From the NCBI GenBank assembly GCA_001783145.1, contig MFQT01000016.1, forward strand, positions 3,796 through 67,795: a stretch of DNA of 64,000 nt, written 5' to 3'. A program made the translations under genes and the position numbers. The notes under the pieces are model-generated. The model made no database searches. It was not told where the DNA came from and saw nothing but the letters and a program-made list of their open reading frames with translations. Below are positions 48,123 to 56,860 of this stretch, one piece after another (within the stretch, counting starts at the first letter, position 1; every line of letters starts with the position of its first letter). The stretch is from Candidatus Magasanikbacteria bacterium RIFOXYB2_FULL_38_10 (GTDB lineage: Bacteria; Patescibacteriota; Patescibacteriia; Magasanikbacterales; UBA10003).

Positions 48123-49913
48123 TTACGGGCTCATTAATACTTCCACCTGAGAGCGGCCACTGACATCGGCCGTGGTGATTACGTTTTGATAACCAGGGAG
48201 AGTTACCGTTAAATTGTAAGTTCCCGAATCTAAACCGTAAAAAAAAGATTGGCCCGGGGGCGTGCAACCCGAGGTATAACTAATGGACACTTCTGATAAT
48301 TGCGGAGAAAAATTTTGATTAGCGGTTGATAAACTTATTTTATAACGCAAAAATCTGTCACCATTATGCACTGCGGAAATATTGCTATCACTGACAGTAT
48401 AATAAGTTTCTCCGGTTCCGTCCGGACCTAAAAAATTCCAAGAACTTGGCGCCGAGGAACTGGCCGTAGCAATTTGAAATTTAATAGAATCAACTCCGGT
48501 TTGAGCTGGCTGACTTAAGGGTTCCCAAATGATATTGGTAAAATTGCTGGCTGTTCCAAAGTCAATGGTGGAGGAGATTAATTCGCCGCTCCATTGATAT
48601 TTATTGCCGATTTTTTTTAAATACAAATCACCGGCGGGGCTATTTGTTTCCACTCCTCCATCTTGTAAAAAATAGCCTGTTTCGTCTATAAAGTTTTCTT
48701 GTCCCGAACCGCCCGACCAATCTGTTTGTCTTAAATAACCGCGTCCGGTAACCAAGGAATCGCTAAATGTCCCTTTATCAATAGAAACCGCGGCGTTAGT
48801 TAAAGGAAGTTTGGTGGCGCTATCTTTAATTGTTAAAAGCAAAGAGTTGGTTGTGTGTGAATGCAAGATTACAGATAAGTTTTGAGTAGCATCGGGAACT
48901 AAAAAAACCGGCAAGGTGGGAATGGTTCCGGCCACATCGTAACTTCCGTTAGACAAATTAAAACTATAAGTGTCCCATTCCAAATTATCTAAAACTTTTG
49001 TTCCCTCACTATTGGTGGAAACGGTTTGATCATAACGGTAAACATTAGGGTTTTCACCAATCACCTTGGAGCCACTGACGGAGAAAGAAATGTTGGAAAG
49101 GCCACTGCATTGCGGATTGATAGCAGAAAAATTGATGGTAGAAATTTTATCAATGGAAAAAGAAAGATTAGTGACGGTTTGTGAAGCCACGGTAGCCAAG
49201 GGTTTGACTGGATTAGGATTATTGACAGTTTCGGGAATAGTGTAATCGGTTGTGTAGCCATTTTTAGAAACAACAACAGAATACCCCTCGGTAGAAGTGG
49301 CTATGTCAATTATTTTTAATTCCCCATTAGTGTTAGTGGTATCGGTAAGATCAACATTGGGATTAACTAAAGTATTGGTAATATGAACTGTGGCCCCAGG
49401 CACCAGCAGGCCGGAAGCATCAAAAACTTTAATAAAAAGAGAACCGTTTTGGGAATCGGCTTCCGTATTTTTAGGAGAGATTCGAGCGGTTAAAATTGTA
49501 GGCCTTACCTGTCCGCCGGTGCAAGACGAACAAAAAACACGGACCTCGGCCAATTTAAAGTCGGCCGGAGAGGTATCATTGGGAGAACCTCCGGCCAAAC
49601 CGTCAAAAGGATCATCTATATTACGGATGGTTGTTTGTACTAAAAAAGACGCTCCATTACGCAAGGTGGTAGTGGTTTGCGGCCACACCCCATTAGGCAC
49701 CCCACCAATGGTTCCGGTACTTTCATAGGGCAAATTACGTAGAGTTTCTATAACTTCATTAGCTACTTGTGTTTCCAAAACTTGCACGCGAGAAATGTAG
49801 GTGACTTTAAAAACATAAATAATCACCGCATAAACTCCGGATAGAATAACGGCAAAAATGGCAATAGAAACTAAAATTTCAATTAAAGTAAATCCTTTTT
49901 TAATCCTGGTCAT
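48123..49913 (-). CDS. large type IV prepilin-like protein with carboxypeptidase-regulatory-like beta-sandwich domains
   Basis: N-terminal KKGFTLIEILVSIAIFAVIL prepilin motif. Internal GATVHITN...TNGELKIIDIATSTEGYSVVVSKNGY resembles a CarbopepD_reg fold. Rich in T/S/N. Confidence 0.65.
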   Translation of the reverse strand: MTRIKKGFTLIEILVSIAIFAVILSGVYAVIIYVFKVTYISRVQVLETQVANEVIETLRNLPYESTGTIGGVPNGVWPQTTTTLRNGASFLVQTTIRNIDDPFDGLAGGSPNDTSPADFKLAEVRVFCSSCTGGQVRPTILTARISPKNTEADSQNGSLFIKVFDASGLLVPGATVHITNTLVNPNVDLTDTTNTNGELKIIDIATSTEGYSVVVSKNGYTTDYTIPETVNNPNPVKPLATVASQTVTNLSFSIDKISTINFSAINPQCSGLSNISFSVSGSKVIGENPNVYRYDQTVSTNSEGTKVLDNLEWDTYSFNLSNGSYDVAGTIPTLPVFLVPDATQNLSVILHSHTTNSLLLTIKDSATKLPLTNAAVSIDKGTFSDSLVTGRGYLRQTDWSGGSGQENFIDETGYFLQDGGVETNSPAGDLYLKKIGNKYQWSGELISSTIDFGTASNFTNIIWEPLSQPAQTGVDSIKFQIATASSSAPSSWNFLGPDGTGETYYTVSDSNISAVHNGDRFLRYKISLSTANQNFSPQLSEVSISYTSGCTPPGQSFFYGLDSGTYNLTVTLPGYQNVITTADVSGRSQVEVLMSP

Positions 49914-50011
49914 AAAATGATTATAACATTTTTTTTAAAGCCTGTCGCTAAAATTTATTAGTCCAATTTAAACATTAAGCAGTTTCCACGGACACGTCAC
50001 CCAAATAAAAC

Positions 50012-50036
50012 ACCGCCCAGCATTACACCGGGCGGT
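50012..50036. terminator. bidirectional hairpin terminator downstream of the cNMP-MBL gene
   Basis: ACCGCCC / GGGCGGT stem, T-rich on both sides. Confidence 0.55.
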
Positions 50037-50057
50037 TTATTTTGTTAAAAACTAAAT

Positions 50058-52223
50058 TTATTCTTTCAGGCGACTTTCCGCCAGCACCATCAGCATCATA
50101 CTGAAAATCGGCGCTTCTTCGCGCAAACGATCAAAATCATCCTTAGCCAAAGAAAAAACTACCAGATCGGTTTTGGCCACCACATCAGCTATTCTTTTTT
50201 GGCCCTTAACCAGGGCGATTTCGCCAAACAGCTGATTAGTACCAAGAGTAGCCACATGCCGAATGTTGCCTCTTCCATCGTCATGCAGCACTTCAGCTTC
50301 TCCCTCAATAATGCCATACATATTATCCGCGTCTGTCCCTTGGGCAATAATCCTTGTTCCAACTGGAATAATTATCTTCTTAGCACGAACAAAAATCTTA
50401 TTCTGTGTACTAACCGAAAGTTCTCTAAACTGGTGGAACTGCATGAAGATGGGACGGAACTGGTGAATCTTCATCAGCATTTCCATAATCCTGGTATCCT
50501 TAATCAGCAGATTAAAGATTTCCTTGCCAATCTCCAACAACCGCACCGGCGTGTTAGTTCTGACAGAGGCGTTGCAAGGGACGCCAAACATAATAGACAT
50601 TTCACCAAAAAAGTCTCCGGTGGAAAGCTGGGCTATTACTTCATCTTTCTGCAAGACGGAAAGAGTCCCGGCTATAACGATGTAAAAATTCTTGCCTTCT
50701 TTGCCCAATTCCAACAAGTTGTGATTGATGGGATATTCCCTTACTCTTCCTTGATGCAAAATAACATTGAGCCACATGGGCGAAAGACCAGCCAAAATTG
50801 GAGCGTTCTGCACCTGCCTAAAGGCATTGACATCCCAGCTTTTGGCTTCTACAAAAGTCCAGCTCTGTCCCGGCGTTAAACTTTGGAACAGGTGCTGGAG
50901 ATTAGGGGGTACTTTGGAAAGGTGCGTGGGTACAATCACCCGACGCAGTTGCGGTGGCAGAGCGGCCAATTCTTCAATGTCAGGGTGAATGAGTCCGCCA
51001 CCGGCGTCAAAAAAAGTCAAATCCGATCCCATCTCCGGAATGTGCTGGATAAAATCGTGAAGTTCATGGGAAATAGCGCCCTTTTCCAAAAGCGCAGTCA
51101 GTTTTTTACCCCAAAGCGTATCACCACTATAAATGATGGAGCGGCCATTCAAGGTTACTCTGAACCCCAGCGTGGGCACAGTGTGCACCGCGCGCCAAAA
51201 TTCAAACCTGGCGCCGTACCAATCAAAGGGCTTTCCCAATTCAATTCGTACCTGCCTGATGTAATGTTTCACCTCTTCAACCGGCCGATCCAAAGTCAGA
51301 GCAATTTTAGTAACAATACACCAGTAACCAAGATCATCTGACATGGCATAGGAAACCTTGCCATTAACTACCAATCCAAAAATGTTGCAATGGTCCTCGT
51401 GAATATGGGTATCAATGAATACGAAGACTTCATGTGAGTTAATACCGAGGTGACGCAAGTGTTCTTTGGTCCAAGCCGAACTATCCACCAAAGCAAACAT
51501 ACCGTTGAGCGAGAGCAGCACGCCCGAGGTGTAGCCGGTAGGATCAAAACCAGTGGTGCATTTGCTCAAGGCAATCGCACCAAAAGTAGACCTATCAGCA
51601 AATAATTCCGGCATAACAATAGGCAAAGGAGGCCTCTGCGGTTCGTTGATGGTAATGTCTACTGTCCAAGTTTCTTCACCATTCGTGAACTCAAAAATAT
51701 TGGGCGCCAGAATTTTAACCTTCACGCCCTGGTATTCCAGTGTCCCGTCCGCAGCAAAACAAACAAATTCCACCAAGTCATCAATGCCCGCTACTTCGTC
51801 AGTACCCTTCTTGTGGATGGCCAAGGCATCAGACATTGTGCGGAATTCCACTTGCGTGGCTTTATCAATGCCCCACTTGTCCATATCCTCATACGAAGGG
51901 CCAAGCAAAGTCAAACGCAAAATTTTACGCAGGCGTTCAATCTGTTCGGCAGTGCCAAAAACAGTCGGGCGCTTACCCTGGAAATAATACTGCTTGAAAA
52001 ACAACATCTTAAAGATAGGGAATTCCAAGGCGGCTTGCACAATGCCGTATTGATACATTAGAGCCGGCAAAAAAATCTTGTCGGGCAACTGCAGGCCCTT
52101 AATTTCCAAAACCTTCACAATTTCCGAAGGACAACCAAGCAAGGCTTCAAAAGCCGAAGTGTGAGAAATTTTGCACCCGGGCATGACATCAGTGACCCTA
52201 ATCAAAGGCGTTTGACTGGACAT
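50058..52223 (-). CDS. multidomain protein: N-terminal unknown domain + MBL-fold hydrolase + two C-terminal cyclic-nucleotide-binding domains
   Basis: MBL HxHxDH (DTHIHEDH) plus downstream His/Asp ligands, then two CNB domains (GDFFGEMSIMFGVPCNASVRT and NQLFGEIALVKGQKRIADVVA). The start is set at MSSQTPL (52223), 7 nt after an AGGAGAAAAA RBS. The gene is clearly GC-richer than its neighbours. Confidence 0.6.
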   Translation of the reverse strand: MSSQTPLIRVTDVMPGCKISHTSAFEALLGCPSEIVKVLEIKGLQLPDKIFLPALMYQYGIVQAALEFPIFKMLFFKQYYFQGKRPTVFGTAEQIERLRKILRLTLLGPSYEDMDKWGIDKATQVEFRTMSDALAIHKKGTDEVAGIDDLVEFVCFAADGTLEYQGVKVKILAPNIFEFTNGEETWTVDITINEPQRPPLPIVMPELFADRSTFGAIALSKCTTGFDPTGYTSGVLLSLNGMFALVDSSAWTKEHLRHLGINSHEVFVFIDTHIHEDHCNIFGLVVNGKVSYAMSDDLGYWCIVTKIALTLDRPVEEVKHYIRQVRIELGKPFDWYGARFEFWRAVHTVPTLGFRVTLNGRSIIYSGDTLWGKKLTALLEKGAISHELHDFIQHIPEMGSDLTFFDAGGGLIHPDIEELAALPPQLRRVIVPTHLSKVPPNLQHLFQSLTPGQSWTFVEAKSWDVNAFRQVQNAPILAGLSPMWLNVILHQGRVREYPINHNLLELGKEGKNFYIVIAGTLSVLQKDEVIAQLSTGDFFGEMSIMFGVPCNASVRTNTPVRLLEIGKEIFNLLIKDTRIMEMLMKIHQFRPIFMQFHQFRELSVSTQNKIFVRAKKIIIPVGTRIIAQGTDADNMYGIIEGEAEVLHDDGRGNIRHVATLGTNQLFGEIALVKGQKRIADVVAKTDLVVFSLAKDDFDRLREEAPIFSMMLMVLAESRLKE

Positions 52224-52306
52224 TTTTTCTCCTGTTTTAGTTGTCAAAGTACCTTTTAAACTTAGCAAGTTTAAGGGTACATGTCAATCATTTTTAACTT
52301 AAACAA

Positions 52307-52338
52307 AACATCACCCCGTTCTCTGACAGGGTGATGTT
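52307..52338 (-). terminator. Rho-independent terminator of metK
   Basis: AACATCACCC / GGGTGATGTT 10-bp stem with a 12-nt loop. On the minus strand it is followed by TTTTGTTT. Confidence 0.65.
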
Positions 52339-52349
52339 TGAAATGCTAA

Positions 52350-53498
52350 TTACTGAATAATTGCCTTTTGCAATTCATCCACTTTGTCTATTTTTTCCCA
52401 AGGAAATTCCGGGCGGCCAAAGTGGCCATAAGCGGAAGTGGCGCGATAGATTGGACGGCGCAAATCCAAATGTTCAATAATTTTTCCCGGACGAAAATCA
52501 AAAACTTTGGCAACTGCTTTTTCTAATTCTTCATCACCAAACTTTCCGGTACCAAAAGTTTGCACGCGAATGCTGGTTGGTTCAGCGCGTCCGATAACAT
52601 AAGAAACCTGCACTTCGCACTTATCAGCCAAATCGGCAGCTACAATATTTTTAGCCGTATAACGCGCCATATAGGCGCCGGAGCGGTCCACCTTACTAGG
52701 ATCCTTGCCGGAAAAACATCCGCCTCCATGCCGTCCCATGCCGCCATAAGTATCCACGATTATTTTTCTACCAGTAAGTCCGGTGTCACCGTGGGGTCCG
52801 CCCACTACAAACCGACCGGTCATATTAATAAAATATTCCGTCTCCGCATCCAAATATTTTTCGCAAATCGGTTTGATTACCTGTTCTAAAATATCTTGAC
52901 GCAATTGTTCGGTTGTAACGTCATCATTATGTTGGGCGGCAATCACCACATTTCTTAAACGCATCGGCTTATCATCCACATATTCCACCGCCACTTGCGA
53001 CTTACCGTCCGGACGCAAATATTTTAAAATTCCTTTTTTCCTCACTTCAGTCAAACGCTGAGCTAATTTTTGCGCCAAAATTATGGGTAGAGGCATCAAT
53101 TCTTCTGTTTCCTTAACGGCATAACCAAACATCAAACCTTGATCCCCTGCTCCCTGATCTTCCGCCATAGTTTGTGTGACGCCCTGCGCAATATCCGGCG
53201 ATTGTTCATGAATGGCGGACAAAACACCGGCATGTTCGGCATCAATCCCATAATTAGAATCCGTATAGCCGATTTCATTTAAAACTTGGCGAGTAATTTT
53301 TTGGGTATCAACATAACCCTTGGAGGTCACTTCACCTGCAATTATTACCAGACCGGTAGTGGTAAAAGTTTCCACCGCCACTCGGGAATTAGGATCTTGT
53401 TCCAGATAAGAATCCAAAATGGCATCAGAAACTTGGTCGCAAATTTTGTCAGGGTGCCCTTCTGTCACAGATTCGGATGTAAAAATATATTTAGACAT
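52350..53498 (-). CDS. metK: S-adenosylmethionine synthetase
   Basis: [29 protein letters not shown] and [19 protein letters not shown] are the MetK signature blocks. Confidence 0.95.
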   Translation of the reverse strand: MSKYIFTSESVTEGHPDKICDQVSDAILDSYLEQDPNSRVAVETFTTTGLVIIAGEVTSKGYVDTQKITRQVLNEIGYTDSNYGIDAEHAGVLSAIHEQSPDIAQGVTQTMAEDQGAGDQGLMFGYAVKETEELMPLPIILAQKLAQRLTEVRKKGILKYLRPDGKSQVAVEYVDDKPMRLRNVVIAAQHNDDVTTEQLRQDILEQVIKPICEKYLDAETEYFINMTGRFVVGGPHGDTGLTGRKIIVDTYGGMGRHGGGCFSGKDPSKVDRSGAYMARYTAKNIVAADLADKCEVQVSYVIGRAEPTSIRVQTFGTGKFGDEELEKAVAKVFDFRPGKIIEHLDLRRPIYRATSAYGHFGRPEFPWEKIDKVDELQKAIIQ

Positions 53499-53840
53499 AA
53501 AAATAAAAATTATGCGGAAAAACCGGCTCTTGCAAGAACCAAACTACCGCCTCAAGCGACGGAGGGAAGTTATTGATTAGTATCGACTTTTAATATTAAC
53601 AAACCAATAACTAACACTGTCACTTGGAATAAATTATAAAAATCCTCTTTTAGAAATCCTCTGCAATAAATTAAAACCAAATCAATTTTATCACCAAAAT
53701 AACGATTAGTAAAATAAAAACCCGAATTATGTTTCTTAATGGGACAAATTAACTTCCGTTTGACAGCAAATTGCTCTTCTTGACTTATAAAATATAATTT
53801 GGCATAATTAAAATCAATAAACTCTTGTAAGGGGTTCTGA

Positions 53841-54185
53841 ATGAGTGTTTGGGAAGAACTCAAACAATTGACTGGTAAGGATTTAAAGGGGTTTCAGATT
53901 CTTTTAATGGCCGAAGTTTACAAAAAAAACGAGGACGGACGCAAAACGGGATCCGTTGGTTTCTTTAAAAATCCTGCTATTGCCCAGGCTTTTGTTGGTG
54001 AGCAAAACGATGCTCCTTGGCACGGCATTGCTGGCGTATATGTTTTGACCAATGGCAAGGTGGGCTATGTTCTTGATACGGGAGAAAAAGTAACGTTCTT
54101 TGATGACGAACAAGAAGCCGTCAGACTTCGGCAGAAGATCCTTGAAAAACTTACACCAGGGCAACGCGCCCTTCTTGGAGTGTAA
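53841..54185 (+). CDS. hypothetical protein (114 aa)
   Basis: Clean ORF with elevated GC. It is followed by an imperfect hairpin plus T-run at about 54217..54244. No motif recognised. Confidence 0.35.
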   Translation: MSVWEELKQLTGKDLKGFQILLMAEVYKKNEDGRKTGSVGFFKNPAIAQAFVGEQNDAPWHGIAGVYVLTNGKVGYVLDTGEKVTFFDDEQEAVRLRQKILEKLTPGQRALLGV

Positions 54186-54420
54186 GAAAGTAATTTTATA
54201 GAACCGTTCTTTCAACAGCACCAAGCCTTAGGCAAGGTGTTTTTTATTTAGGCATAAGGTACATATTTACTCTGTCTAAATAGTTAAGCCTATTTTGACG
54301 TTCCGGCTTTTATCCAGAAAATATACTAAAATTTCCTTTATTCGCAGATAACAATAAAAATATATTGACAAACGATAAAAGATAAATTAAATTGTAGTTA
54401 TCGCTAACCAAAAATCATCT

Positions 54421-54906
54421 ATGAAAAAAAGCTCAACAATATTTCTTCAGGTCGTAATCATGCTTATCGGCATTGTGGCACTGGCCATTATGATCCGGTT
54501 TCCTTTGACCGAAGGAAGGGCCGCGAACTTAGACCTGTTTAGTATTTATGCTGACCCTTTCATAATCTATGGATATCTCGCGTCTATCGCGTTTTTCGTT
54601 GCGCTGTATCAGGCGTTTAAATTACTCGGATACATCAGACAAAATAAAGTATTCTCACTAGAATCCGTGAAGTCTTTAAGGAATATAAAATATTGCGCAA
54701 TCGTACTGAGTTGCTTTATTGTAATAGCGGCAATATACATAAGGGTATCTTTTAATGGCAACGCAGATGACGATCCGGCGGGTTTTATTGCCGTGTCTAT
54801 TGTGGCCATTTTTATTTCTATCGTTATCGCCACTGCCGCGGCCGTGTTTGAAAAAACTTTGCAAAGTGCCGTAGATATCAAGTCTGAGAACGACTTAACC
54901 ATTTAA
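54421..54906 (+). CDS. DUF2975-like four-TM membrane protein
   Basis: Four hydrophobic helices and a size typical of DUF2975, paired with the downstream small HTH regulator. A TTGACA-17-TAAATT promoter-like element lies at about 54366..54394. Confidence 0.5.
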   Translation: MKKSSTIFLQVVIMLIGIVALAIMIRFPLTEGRAANLDLFSIYADPFIIYGYLASIAFFVALYQAFKLLGYIRQNKVFSLESVKSLRNIKYCAIVLSCFIVIAAIYIRVSFNGNADDDPAGFIAVSIVAIFISIVIATAAAVFEKTLQSAVDIKSENDLTI

Positions 54907-54910
54907 CGCT

Positions 54911-55114
54911 ATGGCAATCATTATTAACATTGATATCATGTTGGCGAAGCGGAAGATGAGCGTCACCGAGCTCGCCGAGAAAGTTGGTATCACAATGGCT
55001 AACCTCTCTATATTGAAAAACGGAAAGGCAAAAGCAATTCGCCTTTCAACTTTGGAAGCTATTTGCAAAGCTTTAGATTGCCAGCCCGGGGACATTTTGG
55101 AATATAAGAAGTAA
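54911..55114 (+). CDS. XRE-family (Cro/C1-type) HTH transcriptional regulator, YozG-like
   Basis: MSVTELAEKVGITMANLSILKNGKAKAIRLSTLEAICKALDCQPGDIL is the canonical short HTH_XRE protein found with DUF2975. Confidence 0.75.
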   Translation: MAIIINIDIMLAKRKMSVTELAEKVGITMANLSILKNGKAKAIRLSTLEAICKALDCQPGDILEYKK

Positions 55115-55135
55115 CGACAAATTTGACTATAAAAA

Positions 55136-55167
55136 AGAAAAAGAGCAGCACAAACCGCTCTTTTTTA
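55136..55167 (+). terminator. Rho-independent terminator after the XRE gene
   Basis: AAAAAGAGC / GCTCTTTTT stem followed by a T-run. Confidence 0.6.
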
Positions 55168-55390
55168 TTGATATTTTATAGACAAGCCAAATTTTTTCTA
55201 CGACAATCAAAAAACATTCACCTTTCCCAAAACTTGCTTAACATTTTGTTTATAACTATGAACTTTCTCTCGAGCGGCGAGGGATTTTTGCGGAGCGCGG
55301 ACACGAGGCGGCCGCTCGGAGCCGCCCTTTCAAATCGCGAAGTTTATATTAGCGGAGAGTCGTGGACGATGTCAGAACTGCCTTACTATT

Positions 55391-55705
55391 TTAGGATTCC
55401 ATTCGTTTAAGAGCTCTAAGAACAGTAGAAGCAACAAAATCTTTTCGCGCAGCGGCCAACACTGGCAACGTTGCGAGCACAGATGCATTTTTAGTAGGCA
55501 ACAATTCTACCTTTCCTCCGTTATAATCGGTAAGTTGCATTAAGAATTCATCGAGCCAAGATGGTGTTACTGTGAGTACTTGGTCAAAATCAATTTGGAC
55601 AGACACATCAGGATTAAGTTGTGGACGAATTGCATTAAAGGCCTCCAAACCTGCCGGGCGAGAAATAAGCACAGTGCCAAATTTTTTGAGTTGGATCATT
55701 TGCAT
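55391..55705 (-). CDS. STAS-like (DUF4325-type) small protein, putative partner of the upstream GHKL ATPase
   Basis: 104-aa protein with a STAS/anti-sigma-antagonist-like alpha/beta pattern. It lies immediately downstream of, and co-oriented with, the MerR-GHKL gene (12-nt gap). Confidence 0.45.
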   Translation of the reverse strand: MQMIQLKKFGTVLISRPAGLEAFNAIRPQLNPDVSVQIDFDQVLTVTPSWLDEFLMQLTDYNGGKVELLPTKNASVLATLPVLAAARKDFVASTVLRALKRMES

Positions 55706-55717
55706 ATTTATTATATT

Positions 55718-56446
55718 TTAAAATTGTATAACAGCATATGTTCCGCGGATATTTCCATCAGTCATCATAATTTGCATCAATCCTGGATGCAGAGGGATAT
55801 TAACTAGACCAATTCCCGAACGAAATAAAAGGCCGATTTCATTTGATTCTGCCACACTACGAACAACCTTGAGCCCGTTGCCGCGTTTCTCTGGATTTCT
55901 CCCCGAAACAATTTCTGTAAAAGCCACTTTAAGCGCTTCAATATCAGTTGCGAGATTTGGTCTGATTTGTTGAAGCGTTGTTTTGACACCGCGCCCTCGG
56001 TCCGCAAGAACTATAATACGCTTATCGATATTATACCCAAAAAATAAACCTGGAACATCAGGCCAGTTGCCAACATTATGTGCAAAAGAATTATCGCCGA
56101 TTTCTCCCGCAACAAGAGTGAGAAGCGAAGCCATATTTTCCGACACATTTCCGGCTTTTTGGAGCTCAGCACCCATCCTGGTCACTCGATTTGTGAAACG
56201 GTCTGCCCGTTCGCAATAATATTCACTTGGTAGTTCTGGTGGGATTGCGCTTGTGGCCCATGCTAGTCCTAATATTTTAAGATCAAGAGTAAAGTTGTTA
56301 AGATCTCGCAGCGCGTAAAAACGTTGTTTACCTTCACTTCGTCCAGCACGAAGTTTGCCGGATTTTTCCCAGTTGCGTAGAGTTTGCACCGAAACACCAA
56401 GTATTTTTGCCGCCTTTCCTATTCGTACGTTTTGCCCATTTATCAT
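55718..56446 (-). CDS. fusion protein: MerR-family HTH + GHKL (HATPase_c, RsbW/SpoIIAB-like) ATPase domain
   Basis: N-terminus MINGQNVRIGKAAKILGVSVQTLRNWEKSGKL is a MerR-type HTH. The C-terminal part has GHKL N-box (EIGDNSFAHN), G1 (DRGRGV) and G2 (GNGLKV)-like motifs. The start is set at the ATG at 56446, because the listed upstream GTG lies inside the promoter. Confidence 0.55.
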   Translation of the reverse strand: MINGQNVRIGKAAKILGVSVQTLRNWEKSGKLRAGRSEGKQRFYALRDLNNFTLDLKILGLAWATSAIPPELPSEYYCERADRFTNRVTRMGAELQKAGNVSENMASLLTLVAGEIGDNSFAHNVGNWPDVPGLFFGYNIDKRIIVLADRGRGVKTTLQQIRPNLATDIEALKVAFTEIVSGRNPEKRGNGLKVVRSVAESNEIGLLFRSGIGLVNIPLHPGLMQIMMTDGNIRGTYAVIQF

Positions 56447-56454
56447 ATAAAAAT

Positions 56455-56483
56455 ATAATACCACAAAAACCTATAAAAGTCAA
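56455..56483 (-). promoter_or_regulatory. sigma70-like promoter of the MerR-GHKL gene, with repeat/palindrome in and around the -35
   Basis: Minus strand TTGACT, 17-nt spacer, TATTAT, about 8 nt before the ATG. CTATAAAA / TTTTATAG inverted repeats flank the -35. Confidence 0.45.
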
Positions 56484-56560
56484 GGGAGTTTTTATAGATT
56501 ACAGCATAAAACCTATAAAATCTAGCATTTCTTTATATATTTACTAAGAAAACCTATAAA
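56466..56560. repeat. three phased direct repeats AAAACCTATAAA(A)
   Basis: Copies at 56466..56478, 56508..56520 and 56549..56560, spaced 42 and 41 nt. The first has an inverted partner TTTTATAG at 56492..56499. Confidence 0.8.
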
Positions 56561-56599
56561 CTGGACAAATTCCCCTTAACAAAAACAAAAAGTGAAAAT

Positions 56600-56689
56600 T
56601 GGCGGTGGGGGTGAGATTCGAACTCACGATACTCTTGCGAGTATAGCGGTGTTCGAGACCGCCGCATTCGACCACTCTGCCACCCCACC
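56600..56689 (-). tRNA. tRNA-Ser (anticodon CGA), type II, encoded CCA
   Basis: Acceptor GGTGGGG/CCCCACC, anticodon stem GCGGT/ACCGC with loop CTCGAAC, long variable arm, T-arm GTGAG-TTCGAAT-CTCAC, discriminator G then CCA. Confidence 0.85.
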
Positions 56690-56860
56690 AACCACTTAAA
56701 TTTAACAAAAAAAACCGCCAAAAGCAAGAAAACCCTGCCAGATCACCTAGCAGGATTATAAATGTAATAAGTTCAAACAAAAAAGTTATTAAAAGCTGTC
56801 CAATCGTGCCAATCTCCGCCATTGCACCCACACCCATCTTACCGTAAGCCAATTCCCAAT

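Noticed and set aside
53499-53569. CTCTTGCAAGA...GGAGGGA sequence near the metK 5' region, vaguely resembling SAM-I (S-box) riboswitch core motifs.
   Set aside because: The motifs are on the strand opposite to metK. Their spacing does not match the S-box consensus. The P1/P3 pairing partners could not be found, so this is probably coincidental.
55123-55410. 95-aa ORF on the plus strand.
   Set aside because: It starts inside the terminator hairpin of the XRE gene and runs through a GC-rich palindromic non-coding patch. Its low-complexity basic N-terminus and the absence of an RBS make it an unlikely gene.
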